Below, piece by piece: positions 43,099-57,239 of a stretch of 64,000 bases of DNA (position 1 is the first letter of the stretch; every line of letters starts with the position of its first letter). Position numbers and translations under genes: made by a program. The notes beneath the pieces are model-generated. The model did no database searches. It worked only from the letters and a program-made list of their open reading frames with translations, and had not been told where the DNA came from. The stretch comes from Octopus vulgaris. Lineage: Eukaryota. The stretch spans positions 35,836,001 to 35,900,000 of the forward strand of contig OX597819.1 in the NCBI GenBank assembly GCA_951406725.2, in the 5' to 3' direction.

Positions 43099-43197
43099 TA
43101 CCGAATAATTGTCACATATTACATTTACAGATAAATTCCTCTATTTACATAACATTGAGGTCTCTTTCTTTCTTTTGTTATCTTACTGTTTTTACCA

Positions 43198-43257
<60 letters not shown>

Positions 43258-43943
43258 TCATATAAATATAAAAATCAAATAAACTATAATTATCTTTAAA
43301 AATAATGATAAAGTGGCCAGCAAACATTTTTCAAATCAGGAAAATATATAATAAGAACTCAGGGTACAATAAGTACCTGTTTGTTTGAAAGAGGAGTTAA
43401 AATCCTCCAAAACCATGCATCTCTCACTATATGTAAACACAGATGGAGAATATAGCAAATATATTTCTCTGAAACAGTCCTCCCACTTGTATGATACATA
43501 TAGCAAAATACAATAAGATTATAAAGAAAAATATTTCTTCCACTGCATAGATTTCACTTTGAAGTGTTCAGGATATTAAACCTGAGGTGTTAGAATTATG
43601 CAGAAGTAAGAATCAAAGTTAGGCAAATCAAGTTCACATATACATTCCTATTTATTCAGCGCTAGACCCAATATGCACGAATTTCTCCAAAAGTATATTC
43701 AATACATCAAACATCAAAAATATATAGATATATAAAACTATATAGAGTAATCAATACATTAAAAATATACATATAAAAATATATAAATAAATAGATGTAC
43801 ACATAAAAAATATATTGAAAAAGTAACTACAGGTCAATTTACAGATTATAAAACAAAGTCATAAAGAGAGTTGAGTCTATAAAAATGTTTGGGTATCCAG
43901 TTAATAATCCTATGGCCGTTTCTAGGGTATTGGTTGTCCTGCT

Positions 43944-44340
43944 ATCATCATCATCATCATCATCGTTTAACGACCGTTATCCATGCTAGCATGGGTTGGA
44001 CGGTTCGACCGGGATCTGGGAAGCCAGAAGGCTGCACCAGGCTCCAGTCTGATCTGGCAGTGTTTCTACAGCTGGATGCCCTTCCTAACGCCAACCACTC
44101 CGTGAGTATAGTGGGTGCTTTTTACATGCCACTGGCACAGGTGCCAGGCGAGGCTGGCAACGGCCATGATCGAATTGGTGCTTTTTACGTGCCACCGGCA
44201 CGGAAGCTAGTCAAGGCGGTGCTGGCATCGGCCATGTTCGGATGATGCTTTTTACGTGCCACCGGCACAGGGATCACAACTACAATTTCCATTGATTTTT
44301 GATGTTGATGTACTTGACTCAATAGGTCTCCTCAAGCACA
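43944..44340 (-). mobile_element. RTE-family 3' fragment (further copies at ~48133-48300, 59641-59830, 61252-61508)
   Basis: (ATC)n followed by CGTTTAACG.CCG...CTGGATGCCCTTCCTAACGCCAACCACTCC and hairpin monomers. Confidence 0.85.
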
Positions 44341-45141
44341 GGGTCAAAACAGTGTTTCTTTACTTGCCACCTGCCATATAAAATAATATTTACATCCATT
44401 ATAGGACACCACCGCCTTCATCAGGGAAAATAAGTTTCCAAAAAAGGCTCACATGTACTGCTTTTTTAAAAATGGGTATCACCTACCAGGTGTTTTCTAT
44501 AGAGTTATATGCAAAAGACCAGGGAGTGGAAGTATTTTTGAGTGGTTGGAGGATGAAATAGGCTACTGATGGCTCTATAGGTAGAGGAGGGGAGTGTTGT
44601 ATCATTTTACAGAAAAGTTTCAATTGGTGTGAAAGCTGGTTTTCATCTCTATCCAGAATCATAATGCATAAATGTGTACACACACACACACATAAACACA
44701 CACACACATACACAGGTAGACAGACATAGAAACACATACACATGCACACGCACAGACAGACATAGAAACACATACACATGCACACGCACATACACATACG
44801 TATGCACATACACACACTCATACATAATCCTAAATATTAATATATGTATGAAAATATAAAATGCAATTTACATATGTATTGTTATGATAAAGGAAATTGA
44901 AAAATTTTATCATTTGATTAATTTAAAAAGAACATGTTTCATTAGCTATTACAGCTGGTGTCCTACTGGAAAAAGAAATAAGGGCCATAACTGTTTATAT
45001 ATATAAGCAGCTCTTATGTTAACATAACATTTAATAAATTGTTACTACCTTTGTTCAAATTAACCTTCAACTCTACAGCTTTGAAGTTGGTGGCAGTATG
45101 CTAATAGAGGTAAGTGGTGCAGGTAGCAACATACCATCATA

Positions 45142-45720
45142 TGAGGGTTGGCGGAAAAATTCATAAGCTGACCAAGATACTCTCATGGAATGTGACCAAA
45201 TGAGGTTTCTTTTTCAACATAGTCCTCCTTGCTGTCCACACACTTTTTCCATCGGTGTTGCAGTGCTTGGATCCCATTACTGAAGAAGCTTTCATCCTGT
45301 TGGTCAAAAAAGTCATCAACAGCAGATACAGCATCATCATCACTGTGATTGATATTGGTTCTCAGCCAATAGGAATGATGAACAACCAGTTTCAAGTCAC
45401 TGTCACACACAACAGCCATTGAAATGAAGGACTTGAGTACTGGAGCATTGTCCAGATGAAACAAGAACCGTTTCATCAGTTTTTCTGATTGTTAATTTTG
45501 AAAGCCTTTTGTAACTGCCTCAGAAAGTTAGCATAGTACCCTCCATTGATGGTGTACACTTTTGAAAATAATCAATAAACATCCCAAAGAACTAAGACCA
45601 TCACCTTCTTAGGTGAAATGACATTGGGGTTTTGGGGAGCAAGTGAGGAGGGATTTTTTTCACTGCATGGATTGTCCCTTTGTATCTGGTTGAAAGTGAT
45701 GAACCCAATGTACATATCAT
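45142..45720 (-). pseudogene. Mariner (Himar1-like) transposase C-terminal relic with one TIR
   Basis: LFHLDNAPVL..VDDFFDQQDESFFSNGIQALQHRWKKCVDSKEDYVEK; TIR-like TA|TGAGGGTTGGCGGAAAAATTCATAAGCTGACC. Confidence 0.85.
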
Positions 45721-46929
45721 GCAATTAGTTCCAACCATTTAGTACACACAAATTCTTACAATTCATTTATATCAGAAGCTAATAGTTACTACATTACAAC
45801 TTTTTAACTCCCTAGGGTGGAATAACGTGGATTTAAGAGGAAGGAAATCAGTTTGTAAGCTGGTGTTACATATTGAAAAATGATTCTAGACATATAGCTT
45901 TCATGTCAGAGGTGCCTTGAATTTTCACTTAGAAAAAACATCCCCTAAAAAACAAACAAACAAAACATTGCTTTTTTTTCTTTCTCCCTAATGAGATGAT
46001 ATGTGATGGAAGGGACACTGAAACTTCAGGCCTGATAATGTATTTCAGCATGGAATAAAAGATTTTAAACTGATGGCGATCATGATGATGATGATGGCAG
46101 TAGTGGTGATGGTGGTATTGCAAATGGTAAGGATAACGTTGCTACCAATGATGTGATTATGACGACAATAATAAGTGTGAGGATGAGGATGACGATGATG
46201 ATGAGGGTGATAACGATGGTAATGATGGTGGTGGCAGCAGCAGCAGGGGTTGTGGTGGCTCTGGTGATGGTGATGATGATGATGATGACATAACTGACAA
46301 TGATGACAGCAATGATGATCATCTATCGGTATTTATCTTAAACAACACAGCACATGTATCAATTAGGCCATTCAATTAGCAATTTGTATCTCTAATAATT
46401 TAGAAAATTATGGGGAAGCTACACTTTGCTGATGAGCCTTTAAAAAAAGACAACAATACAACAAAGGTAATATATATTTCAGAAAGATGTGAATCATCAT
46501 CTAAAATAGGTATAAATTCACAGTATTTATGAATATAATTTATCTGTTTAATGTTCCAATTCTGTGTGTGTATGTGTGTTAAATAAAAAGAGACAACAAA
46601 ACCAAGGGTGTGTGGAATTTATGGGACGTTTATAAAGAGAAAGGTAGTCTTACAGCTATTTCTTGGATATTAGAGATATCCTTTTATCAGAGGTGATATG
46701 AGAGTTAACTAGAGGGAAATAGTATAATTCAATATAAGGAGTTATTCTGGAAAAGGATGGATATAGGAAGTATAAAGGGAAATAAGAGAATAAAAATAAA
46801 GTAAAAATATATGTAGGATGTTACAGTTGCAGTTCCATTATCCAAGGAAAGTGTTGTGTAGAATGGGTAGAAATCTACAACTCTCTGTCTGTCTATTTGT
46901 CTATGTCTGTTTCTCTCTCTCACTTTCTG

Positions 46930-47043
<114 letters not shown>

Positions 47044-47769
47044 CATTCATCTATCTATCAATATGATATATGTGTGGAGGTGCATAACTTAGTATTTAGG
47101 GCATTGCACTCATGTTTATAAGATTGTGCTTTCAGTTCCTGGATCAGGCAATGCATTCTGTTTATGAGTAAAACACTTCATTTCATGATGCTCCAGTCTA
47201 CTCAGCTAGCAAAGATGAGTAATCCAGACATGGGCTGGCATTCCATGCTGGGTGGGTGATGGATATACACACACCACAAAATCTGGGAAACCATCTTTCT
47301 TTGTCTATGGCCTCTGGTTCTTTCTTTTAATGTGTATATGTGTATAGTATATATATGTGTGATAGAGTGGTAGCCACTACACACATTTTTTTTTCTTTCC
47401 TTGTTTCTCTCCTTGTATTTTTCTGTGTCCCTCTCTGTAGAAGAGAGTAGGCTCGAAACGTAAAAGACTTTTTCTATTCCTGAGCGTTATACTAATACAT
47501 CTGATTGTTTTGTACACCACCTGTCTTTGTCTTTTGTTTTTTTCATGAACTCTCCCAAAATGTACATATATATATTTGTGTATTAAGGTTACCGTTGGTT
47601 TCATGTTAAGAAATATATCTTAATATAACAATTTTTCAAGCCAATCACATGGCGTAATGGTGTTTGTCTATATTTCCTTAACATGAAATGAATGGTAGCC
47701 TTAATACACTAATAAAAAAACTTTATCCACCAATGTAGTGTTGAGCACTCATTCTCATTGTTCAAAATT

Positions 47770-47802
<33 letters not shown>

Positions 47803-48083
47803 AAATACAAAATGGGACAAGAATGCAAAATATTCAAATAGACGGGTCATTCGAAGCCTTTAATTTTCAGTCAAGAACCGGATCATCCTCGCAATTTCGG
47901 CTATATATATCAGTATGGTGGCACATCAGGAAGAATAACAAATGATATATTTTTCTTTTGACTCATTATGTTCTGAGTTGACTTTGCCTTTCCTTTTCAC
48001 TGGCTGTACCCCACATAGACAAGGCCTTGGAGCTGAAATGCATAAAAGAATAAAAGAATGAAATAAAATATATATATATACAC

Positions 48084-48114
<31 letters not shown>

Positions 48115-50147
48115 TAAATACATATATATATATGGTGGCACGTAAAAAGCACCCACTACACTCACGGAGTGGTTGTAGAAACATTGCCAGATAAGACTGG
48201 AGCCTGGTGCAGCCTTCTGGCTTCCCAGATCCCCGGTCGAACCGTCCAACCTATGCTAGCATGGAGAACGGACGTTAAACGATGATGATGATGATAATGA
48301 TATACATACATTTGATAAGCTTTTTTCAGTTTCCATCCATCTAATCCATTCACAAGGGTTTGGTCAGCCTGAGGCTATAGAAAAAGACATATGCTTAAGG
48401 TGTAATGCAGTGAGACTGAACCCTGAAGCATGTGATTGGGAAGCAAGCTTCTTACCACACAGACACATGGGCATGCTGAAAAGTTCCTAGCTTTAAGAGT
48501 ATAGCAAAAGGCCTGGCTGGAGAGCCAACCTTCTAAGTTCTTTTACAGGACTTCGAAAAAGATGGACCACTGCAATAGCCATGTGACTCTGAGGGGGCAA
48601 TATGCTGAATAGAATCATAATTAACTGATCTTCCTGTATTTTCTGTTACCCAAAGTCAGGAACTTTTCAATACTACTCCCCCTCTTTCTCTCTCTTTGTA
48701 TATACTAGCAATGCACCTTGGCGTTGCCTGGGTGTTATGATCTACAGCCACATTGTATCATTTGTTCCTTACTTATGGGAGAACTGGCACACAAGGAGTA
48801 TGAAGCAAATGCCTCTTCTTCATAAACATGCTTTTTGGTCATTTTCTGATGAATGACACCGCAATTTCCATCTGCCAAATTCAGTCACAAGTCTGTGGTT
48901 GGCCCAAGGCTATAGTAGAAAACACTTGCCCAAGGTATCATGCAGAGGGACTGAATGTAGAACCATGTGGTCGGGAAGCAAATTTCTCAACCACACAGTC
49001 GTTCTTGCACCTAATATGTGTGCGTGTGTGTTTACATTTGTTGTTAAATCAAGTATTGAGTCCCACTATGTCTCAGAGTTAGCAGTTCATCAAGCAGGGA
49101 TCTATAAAATAAATGCCAGATTGAAATACATACTGAGGTCAGTATGATCAATTAAATTCTTGAAGGTGATACTCCATCATCATGACAGTCAAAAGACCAA
49201 GCCCAGCAAAATAATGTTTAAAGACTTAATGGTTTCAAATTTAAGATAATGAGTTCAAAACTTCATATTAAACTTCCACTCTGTACGGGTAACACTATTT
49301 GTACATCTCAGTCTACTAGACTTCCAACAATTAACAATTGTAATTTGAAGTTGAATGGTTAGCAGTAAGAAAGATATTCAGATTTCTTTAAAAATTATCA
49401 TGTAAAAAATTCTGAGAAAAAATATTTTTTCCACCACAACAAAACACACACACACAAAAGTGTGTGTATGGTAACTTGAGCTACTACAAATTGCATCCAA
49501 ATCTCTCATAAAACACATCCTTTCATAAAAAAAAAAGACACAGATTTTCAGTATTTCAGGAAATAAAAAAAGCTACACAATGGGTCTGCTACATCAGAGG
49601 CAACTCTGGGCTAAACAAAACACAAACATACATCACATTAAAAGGTTATCTACTGAACAATACTAATAAAGCTGACAGTATGTCTTTGAATTTTCATTCC
49701 CTGGTAAAGCTCTACACAGAATGTTCAAACAGAGTTGCCTCCCTTAGCCACAGACCTCAAAATTGTGCTCCAGCACGGCCGCAGTCAAATGACTGAAACA
49801 AGTAGAAGAATAAACGAATGTATGTATGTATGACTAGGTAATTTTCTTTTCTGCTCTAGGCCTGAAATTTTGGGGGAGGGGGCCAGTCAATTAGATTGAC
49901 CCCAGTGTGCAACTGCTACTTAATTTATCGAGCCTGAAAGGATGAAAGGCAAAGTTGACCTCGGCGGAATTTGAACTCAGAACGTAAAGATAGATGAAAT
50001 ACCACTAAGCATTTTGCCCAGCGTGCTAACGCTTCTGCCAGCTTGCTGCCTTATCTATATGTAATATTGTAGCCACATGTTTTCAGAATCAGTCTCACTG
50101 CATGCCACCTTGAGCAAATGTCTTCTACTATAGCCATAGACTGATGA

Positions 50148-50451
50148 GTGGAGGCACATGGCCTAGTGGTTAGAGCAGCGAACTCGTGGTCGAGGGATCA
50201 TGGGTTCGAATCTCAGACCGGGCGATGCGTGTGTTTATGAGCAAAGCACTTAAGCTCCATGCAGCTCTGGCAGAAGGTAATGGCGAAACTTCTGCTGACT
50301 CTTTCACCACAACTTTCTCTCACTCTTTCCTCCTGCATCTCGCAGCTCACCTGCGATGGACTGGCGTCCCGTCCAGAAACCGCCAAGAAACCAGAAAACC
50401 GGCCCTTATGAGTCAGGCATGGCTCGAGAAGGAACAAACAACAACAAAAAA
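50148..50451 (+). mobile_element. Full-length SINE family A (tail type 2) nested in SINE family C
   Basis: 12-bp TSD ATAGACTGATGA at 50136-50147 and 50452-50463; A and B boxes present. Confidence 0.9.
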
Positions 50452-50928
50452 ATAGACTGATGAAAGCCTTGTCAATAGATTTGGTAGATGGTAACAGAAA
50501 GAAGTTAGTCATAAGTGTATATGCATATGAATATATTTGGGTTTATGAGTGTGTTTGTCTGTGAGCATGAATTTGTGTTTGGTCAGTTGTTTGTGTCTCT
50601 TTGTCTTGGTAGTGTGTGATTGTTGTAAAAAAAAAGTGTTTCCATCAAGCAAGTGGTGTTGTACATTCCCAGCCTTCTACGGAAACATAGATAGATACAG
50701 GTGAGTGTTGAATGACTGGAAAGACATCTGGTCATTGAAAATCTGCCTTAACAAATTCTGTATGGTCCATGCGAACATGGAGAAGTAGACATTAAAAAAT
50801 GATGATGATGATGACGATAACATGTGCTTGTGTCTGTGTGTCTGTATATATCAATAACTATATCTAAATATCTATCTATCTATCTATCTATATCTATCTA
50901 TCTATCTATCTATATACCTATCTATCTA

Positions 50929-50961
<33 letters not shown>

Positions 50962-50962
50962 G

Positions 50963-51035
<73 letters not shown>

Positions 51036-51196
51036 CTATCTATCTATCTACCTATCTATCTACCTATCTATCTACCTATCTATCTATCTATCTATCCATC
51101 TGTCAGTCTATCTGTCTGTTTGTCTGTCTGTCCATCCATTTGTCTGACTGTCTGTCTGTCAGTCAATATATCTCTCTATCTTTCTCTCTCTCTTTC

Positions 51197-51230
<34 letters not shown>

Positions 51231-51839
51231 CATCTTACATATATATGGATATGTTTGCATAGGCTTACACATAATTTATGCTTTGATGTATGAAAACACT
51301 ATCTATAAATCTGTCATTACTGCATATTTATTTAAAACTAAAAGCAGATCAAACAATTATATTGATTATCAGAAGAAAGCCAGAATGGCTCGAATAAATA
51401 AATATATTAAATAAATAAATATATAAATATATAAATATATAAATAAATAGAATTTCCGAATGAGATCCTTGTCATATTGTAAATGATTCTAGAGAGATTT
51501 CTGATGAATTCCCTCTCATTAACTAAATATGTTATTCTAAAAAAGCTTAGCAAAAGACACATAAAGGAATATACAGCTAAATATTTAAATGGCTCAGTAC
51601 ATGTAACTACATCTGTAGCTGTATTCCTTACCCTGCAAACTGTCATATTTTTACTGTTTAGTTTCTTGTTACAGCTTCTACCTGGCAATAAATATTATGT
51701 TGTGGCTGTTTTTAAACAAAAGCTGTTACATCACATAGTTTTGTTAGGCCTGTTATCTGTTTACTAGTTGCAACTTTTTTTGTTTTATGATCTATATTCT
51801 ACATATGCGTAAGTAAAATGCATAATGTATATGGATATA

Positions 51840-51905
51840 TATCATCATCATCATCATCATCATCATCACCATCATCATCACCACCATCATAATCATCATA
51901 ATCAT

Positions 51906-51946
<41 letters not shown>

Positions 51947-52030
51947 CCATCATCATCACCATCATCATCACCATCATCATCGTCATCATCATCATCATTA
52001 TTGTCGTCATCATCGTCGTCATCATCATCG

Positions 52031-52071
<41 letters not shown>

Positions 52072-52084
52072 TTCATCATCATCA
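51840..52084. repeat. (CAT)n microsatellite, imperfect
   Basis: Direct reading; source of the poly-His, poly-Asp and poly-Met ORFs. Confidence 0.95.
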
Positions 52085-52320
52085 GTGTTTTGATGTCTGC
52101 CTTCCATGCTGGCATGAGTGGGACAGTTTGACAGAAGCCAGCCAGGCAGAAGCCTTCACCAGACTACTGTGTCTACACACACACACACACATGCACGTGT
52201 GTGTTTTTTTATAGCCTTCTATATGTTCGATATACAGATTTCAGGAAGTGGTGGATAGACACAACCCTGTCTTCCCATGACATACTTCAGTTTACTCCAC
52301 TAAACACAATACTCCAATAA

Positions 52321-52353
<33 letters not shown>

Positions 52354-52354
52354 C

Positions 52355-52403
<49 letters not shown>

Positions 52404-52650
52404 CAAAGAAGCATAAATATATACACATACATTTAGTTGGGGTTCAGTGTTATGTTCTTTTCTATGTTCATCCACTCATATACATACATGCTTGCATACA
52501 TGCATTCCTACATACATACATACATACATACATACATACATACATACATACATACATACACACACATACATACATACATACATACATACACACATACATA
52601 CATACATACATACATACATACATACATACATACATACATACATACATACA

Positions 52651-53440
52651 TACCCAGATTATAAATTTACATTCATACCAATAATAATTAGTGCTCGTGG
52701 GTTGGTGAGTAATTGTCTTTGTGACAATCTGGATAAACTAGAGTTTTCACAAAAGGAAATCAATCATCTCTCACATTATGAAGGCAATCTGTAAGTGGAA
52801 CAGTAAAAATAGGCAAGACCTTTCTCAAGTTTAAAATATGACTTTGCTTTTGTTATCTACATTGCAACAAAGGGGCTTTGTATCTTTGTTAGAAACCAGC
52901 TCCTACCTCAGAGAAAGAATTTAAATAATGAGACCAGAAGAGAATATATATATTTATATCTATACAATTTCAAAGCAAAAAACTGGAAAAATTTGGTGTA
53001 TTTTTAATTTCAACATTTAATAATGCATCTCAAGACAGTTACAATACCAGTGATTGTCGGAGTACTTGAAATGATCAGTAAAGGAACTGAACATTATTTG
53101 AAAATGATCTCTGGATTACCATTCATGCAGGAAGCGCAAAAGATTGTATTAACTGATAATTTACCCATACTAAGAAGAGTTTTGTTGTGAATTTTCTTAC
53201 CTTCTTTGCCCTTTTCTTTGTCTACTTTTATATTTTATATTTTTTCTTTTTCTCTCTGTTTTTCTTCCCCATTTTTCTAACACATGACTTTGTAAATGAA
53301 CAATCTGGTGTGATTATTTTAATGGCCTACAAATGTATACAGTGCATGTCTCTGCCGTAGGTGTCAGGAAGGCACTTGTCAAGAAAAGGAAACAGAACTG
53401 AAAGAAGATGATAATGAAAGTGATAATAATAATGATAATA
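52651..53440 (+). pseudogene. Two tandem 3' fragments of RLE-type (R4/Dong-like) LINEs
   Basis: YPDYKFTFIPIIISARG..GTVKIGKTFLKF* (52651-52841) and LKTVTIPVIVGVLEMI..EAQKIVL..ILRRVL* (53027-53190), the second ending in an (AAT)-type tail. Confidence 0.7.
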
Positions 53441-53989
53441 ATAATTAACGGAACCCATAACGAAACCAAGTAAAAGAACAGCAGACGGATAATCATACAT
53501 ACTATAAAATAGTTGATTTAGGAGTCACACGCACACACTACTATGCAACACCCCTCCAAAACCATACAAGAATAAACTCATACTGTAAATACCCAACAAA
53601 ATGAACAAAACCCACAACATGTGACATAGAAGGTTGATATCTGACAGAAGAAGACAACCTGCACTACACAAACACACAAGATAAAAACTAATACAACAGA
53701 AGACTCAAACAAAACCCCATAACAGAACATACTGATACAATACAATATCCCACACTGCAAAAAAAAAATGCAGTACACACTACCCCACCATCACAAAGGT
53801 GCAACAAATAATGCAATAGAAAGTTGCTTGAAACTTTCAGATGCTGAGAAATAATAGTGGTGATGACAACGGTGATGAACGTTACCTTGCCTCAGTTTAT
53901 GAGAGACAGGAGTTTCTGAAAAACTCTGGTTGTAACAACAAAAATGAAGCTGGACCTTTAAGGGTAGGCCTCTTGCACTGGAACAGTTA

Positions 53990-54916
53990 AGATGCAGACT
54001 GACCACAGCTGTCATCTTAATGTAGCATCAGCAGATAGTAGAACAAGGAGGAGGAAGTGGACCAACAAAGAAAACAGGATAGTGATACAGTGCAACTTAG
54101 ACGGTTGTAGTGACGCTATTGTGGAAGTTTCAGCGCGCATGCGCAGAGTTGGATTACTTCTGGTAGGCGCCGGAAGTTCCCTCATGCGCATGCGCAAGAA
54201 CTGCATGGTACCCTTCATAGTGATAAGCACGTATAAGATCGATTTCTGAAAAAATGTTATAACCATGAAGATTTGGCGAAAAGTCCTGAAGATTTCTTAT
54301 CGGGTAGCGATCGGCTATCGTTACTGCATCAGGGGAGTCTGATTTTCACCCGGTTGGAGATTATCGACGCCTCAATGTGGTAACAATAGCTGATCGCTAC
54401 CCGATAAGAATTCTTCAGGACTTTTCGGCGAATCTTTATGGTTGTACCATTTTTTAGAAGTCGATCTTATACGCGCTTATCACCACGAGGGGGAGCCATG
54501 CAGTTCCTGCGCATGCGCATGAGAGAACTTCCGGCACCTACTGGAAGTAATCCAACTCTGCGCATGCACGCTGAAACTTCCACAATAGCGTCACTACAAA
54601 GTGAACCTAAAAGAAGGGGCTATAGAAAACGGATGTTAACACTTTGGGTTGAGAAGAGTATGTTCAAAGTGACTGAGGAGAGATTAGTTGATCAAGCTAA
54701 TGCTAATAGGAAAACAAAGTGGATGACAGAATTGGAGGTAGAAGAGATTACAATAGAACTGGAAAAGAAAGACCAGGTAGTTGGAAAGACAAACAACAAA
54801 AGACATACATCTCAAATCAAAGAAGAACCTAAAGGAAAAAATAATAATAGTGCTACCAATAAGGAAGGGACAACTGGCACCAACGACTTAAGTGGTTTAA
54901 GTGAGGAAGATCAAAA
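53990..54916 (+). pseudogene. N-terminal fragment of a Dong/R4-like ORF split by a palindrome
   Basis: RRRKWTNKENRIVIQC | SEPKRRGYRKRMLTLW..VTEERLVDQAN..KWMTELEVEEI. Confidence 0.7.
54105..54599. mobile_element. Foldback / palindromic element (~495 bp, no loop)
   Basis: TTGTAGTGACGCTATTGTGGAAGTTTCAGCG pairs with CGCTGAAACTTCCACAATAGCGTCACTACAA; the arms are complementary through to the centre ACCCGGTT (~54352). Confidence 0.92.
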
Positions 54917-54961
54917 CATTTACATAACACTTACAATCAGTTAAGATCAGAAGCCAGTGCT

Positions 54962-55030
<69 letters not shown>

Positions 55031-55413
55031 CGCTGCTGCTGTTGTTGTTATCATTAAGGTGGAAAGCTGGCAGAATCGTTAGCACACTGGACGAAATGCT
55101 TAATGGTATTTCGCCTGTTGCTATGTTCTGAGTTCAAATGCTACCGGGGTCGACTTTGCCTTTCATTCTTTCTGGGGGTCGATATAATTGACTAGTCCTC
55201 TCCCACAAAATTTCAGGCCTTGTGCTTATAGTAGAAAGGATTATTATTACTTCTTTACTCATTACTTCCTGCAACGCATCTAAAACCTTTTGATCTTCTT
55301 CACTTAAACCACTGGTACTTAATTTATTGACCCCAAAAGGATGAAAGGTAAAGTTGACTTCAGAGGAATTTGAACTCAAAACTTAGTGATGGGCGAAATA
55401 CCATCGCTGCCTC

Positions 55414-55448
<35 letters not shown>

Positions 55449-55654
55449 TAATAATGCTTTCTGCTATAGGTGCAACACCTGGAATTTGTTGGGAAGGGGG
55501 ATAGTCAATCACATCAACCCCGATACTTAGCTGGTACTTATTTTATCAACCCCGAAAGAATAAAAAGGAAAAGTTGACCTCAGCGGAATTTGAACTCAGA
55601 GCATTATGACAGATGAAATGCTGCTAAGCATTTTGCCTGATGTAATCTCAAGTT

Positions 55655-55855
55655 TCTATGTAATCTCAAGTTTTAAAACAAACATAATTTTTGTATGTTT
55701 TTTTTAGACATTCACTAGTACAACACTAAATACAAAACCAAATATATGGCACACTAGGCATAACAACAACATGAACTTCCAACCTGTTGTCTCTTGAGGT
55801 CTCTGGGTGAGTCTTGGAGCCAACTTGTACAAATGTAAAGCAAAAGTAAAACATA

Positions 55856-55898
<43 letters not shown>

Positions 55899-55900
55899 TA
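55655..55900 (+). mobile_element. Dong/R4 3' UTR fragment with (AAT)n tail
   Basis: Matches 20725-20944 (GTTGTCTCTTGAGGTCTCTGGGTGAG...AAACATAGAATAATAAT). Confidence 0.9.
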
Positions 55901-57239
55901 TAAACACAACAAAAACAACAACAACAATAACAACAACATGACTGCTAAGACCAAATAACAATACCTTCAAGTGTTAAACAAATACCATGTTATCATAAAA
56001 TGTCTTATGTACTCTAGAATCATTTAGGCGATGTAAGAGATCTGGAGAAGAAACAGAAATTGCAGAGACAAAAATTAAAAGGAAGACCATTACTAGCTAG
56101 ATGTTGATTAATAATAAATAATTGAATTTCTCTGAAAGAGAAATAGAATGACTCAAAGAAAGAAGATACTATGAAAATAACACAAAACTGTCCAAAAGCC
56201 AAAAATAAGATAAGCTTATTTAATTTCATTAATGAAGGCATCACAAAGGAACTAAACATATAGGGAAAATGATTGAACAAAAATACAAAAATTTTCACAA
56301 GACAAAGCAAAAGATAGATGCAGGGACAGTGAATAGCTTGTTAGGTAAGACATTTATAGGGGCTGAAACTAGTTGATGTTGAAAATAGATTTTGAAAGAT
56401 TCAGGGTCTGCATCAGCAGTATCAGTTTAAGATGAATGTCAGAGTTAAGTAGAGATGTGATAGTTGAAATAAACTGGTGATGTGTACTTTGAAAGAAGAG
56501 GAAGTAAGATGGATGTCCTCAATATAAGAAGAGATATCGTTGGAAATTTGGTGTTGATTATAAGAGTTTGGAGAGTAGAAGAGGAAGCAGAGGAGAAGGG
56601 AACTTTGAGCATTTAGCTGGTGATAGCTGGGTCAGAGTGTTGAGTGGCAGGGAGAATGGAAGTTACATGTGTACAAATAACTTCATTGTTCAGACTGAAT
56701 TTTGAGTAGAGAGTTTAGTCTGGACAGCAGAAATGGACTATAAATAATGGCTGACAGATTTATGTTTCAGAGAGGAATAGCATGTGAAGTTGGCGTATAA
56801 GAAACCATGCTGGGTTTAGGTTGGATTGGAGTTCAAAGATGTCAGTGGAACAGAGAAGCAATTTGTTTTCACATTTAGAACTCTAAACATTAAAAGCAGT
56901 ATATACATAATGCACAAGGTGTGTCAGAAGCTGTGACATATTGCCAAAAGGTGTGGGTATGGCAGGTCAACTTCTCACTCCTCTCCTATCTAAGACATGA
57001 GTTGACAGTCTTCATAATGCTTGAAATACTTGAAAGTCCTTGCACCAAATATAATAAAAGGAACACAGAAAACATAATTGGTATTTATACTTTTTATAAT
57101 ATACATGAGTTTCAGAAGATAGGTAAAATGTCAATTACATGAACTTAAATACCCATTTATGCGACAAATGCAGCCTGCCTTCTTCATTAGTATTATTGGT
57201 AAAAATACAACACAAAGAAGAAGGCATCCACATCAAAAT

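Larger units (their letters stand above)
41263..43199 (-). mobile_element. 5'-truncated Penelope-like element with inverted pseudo-LTR
   Basis: 41263-41496 is the reverse complement of 42899-43133; a GIY-YIG ORF lies between; TA tracts flank both ends. Confidence 0.9.
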
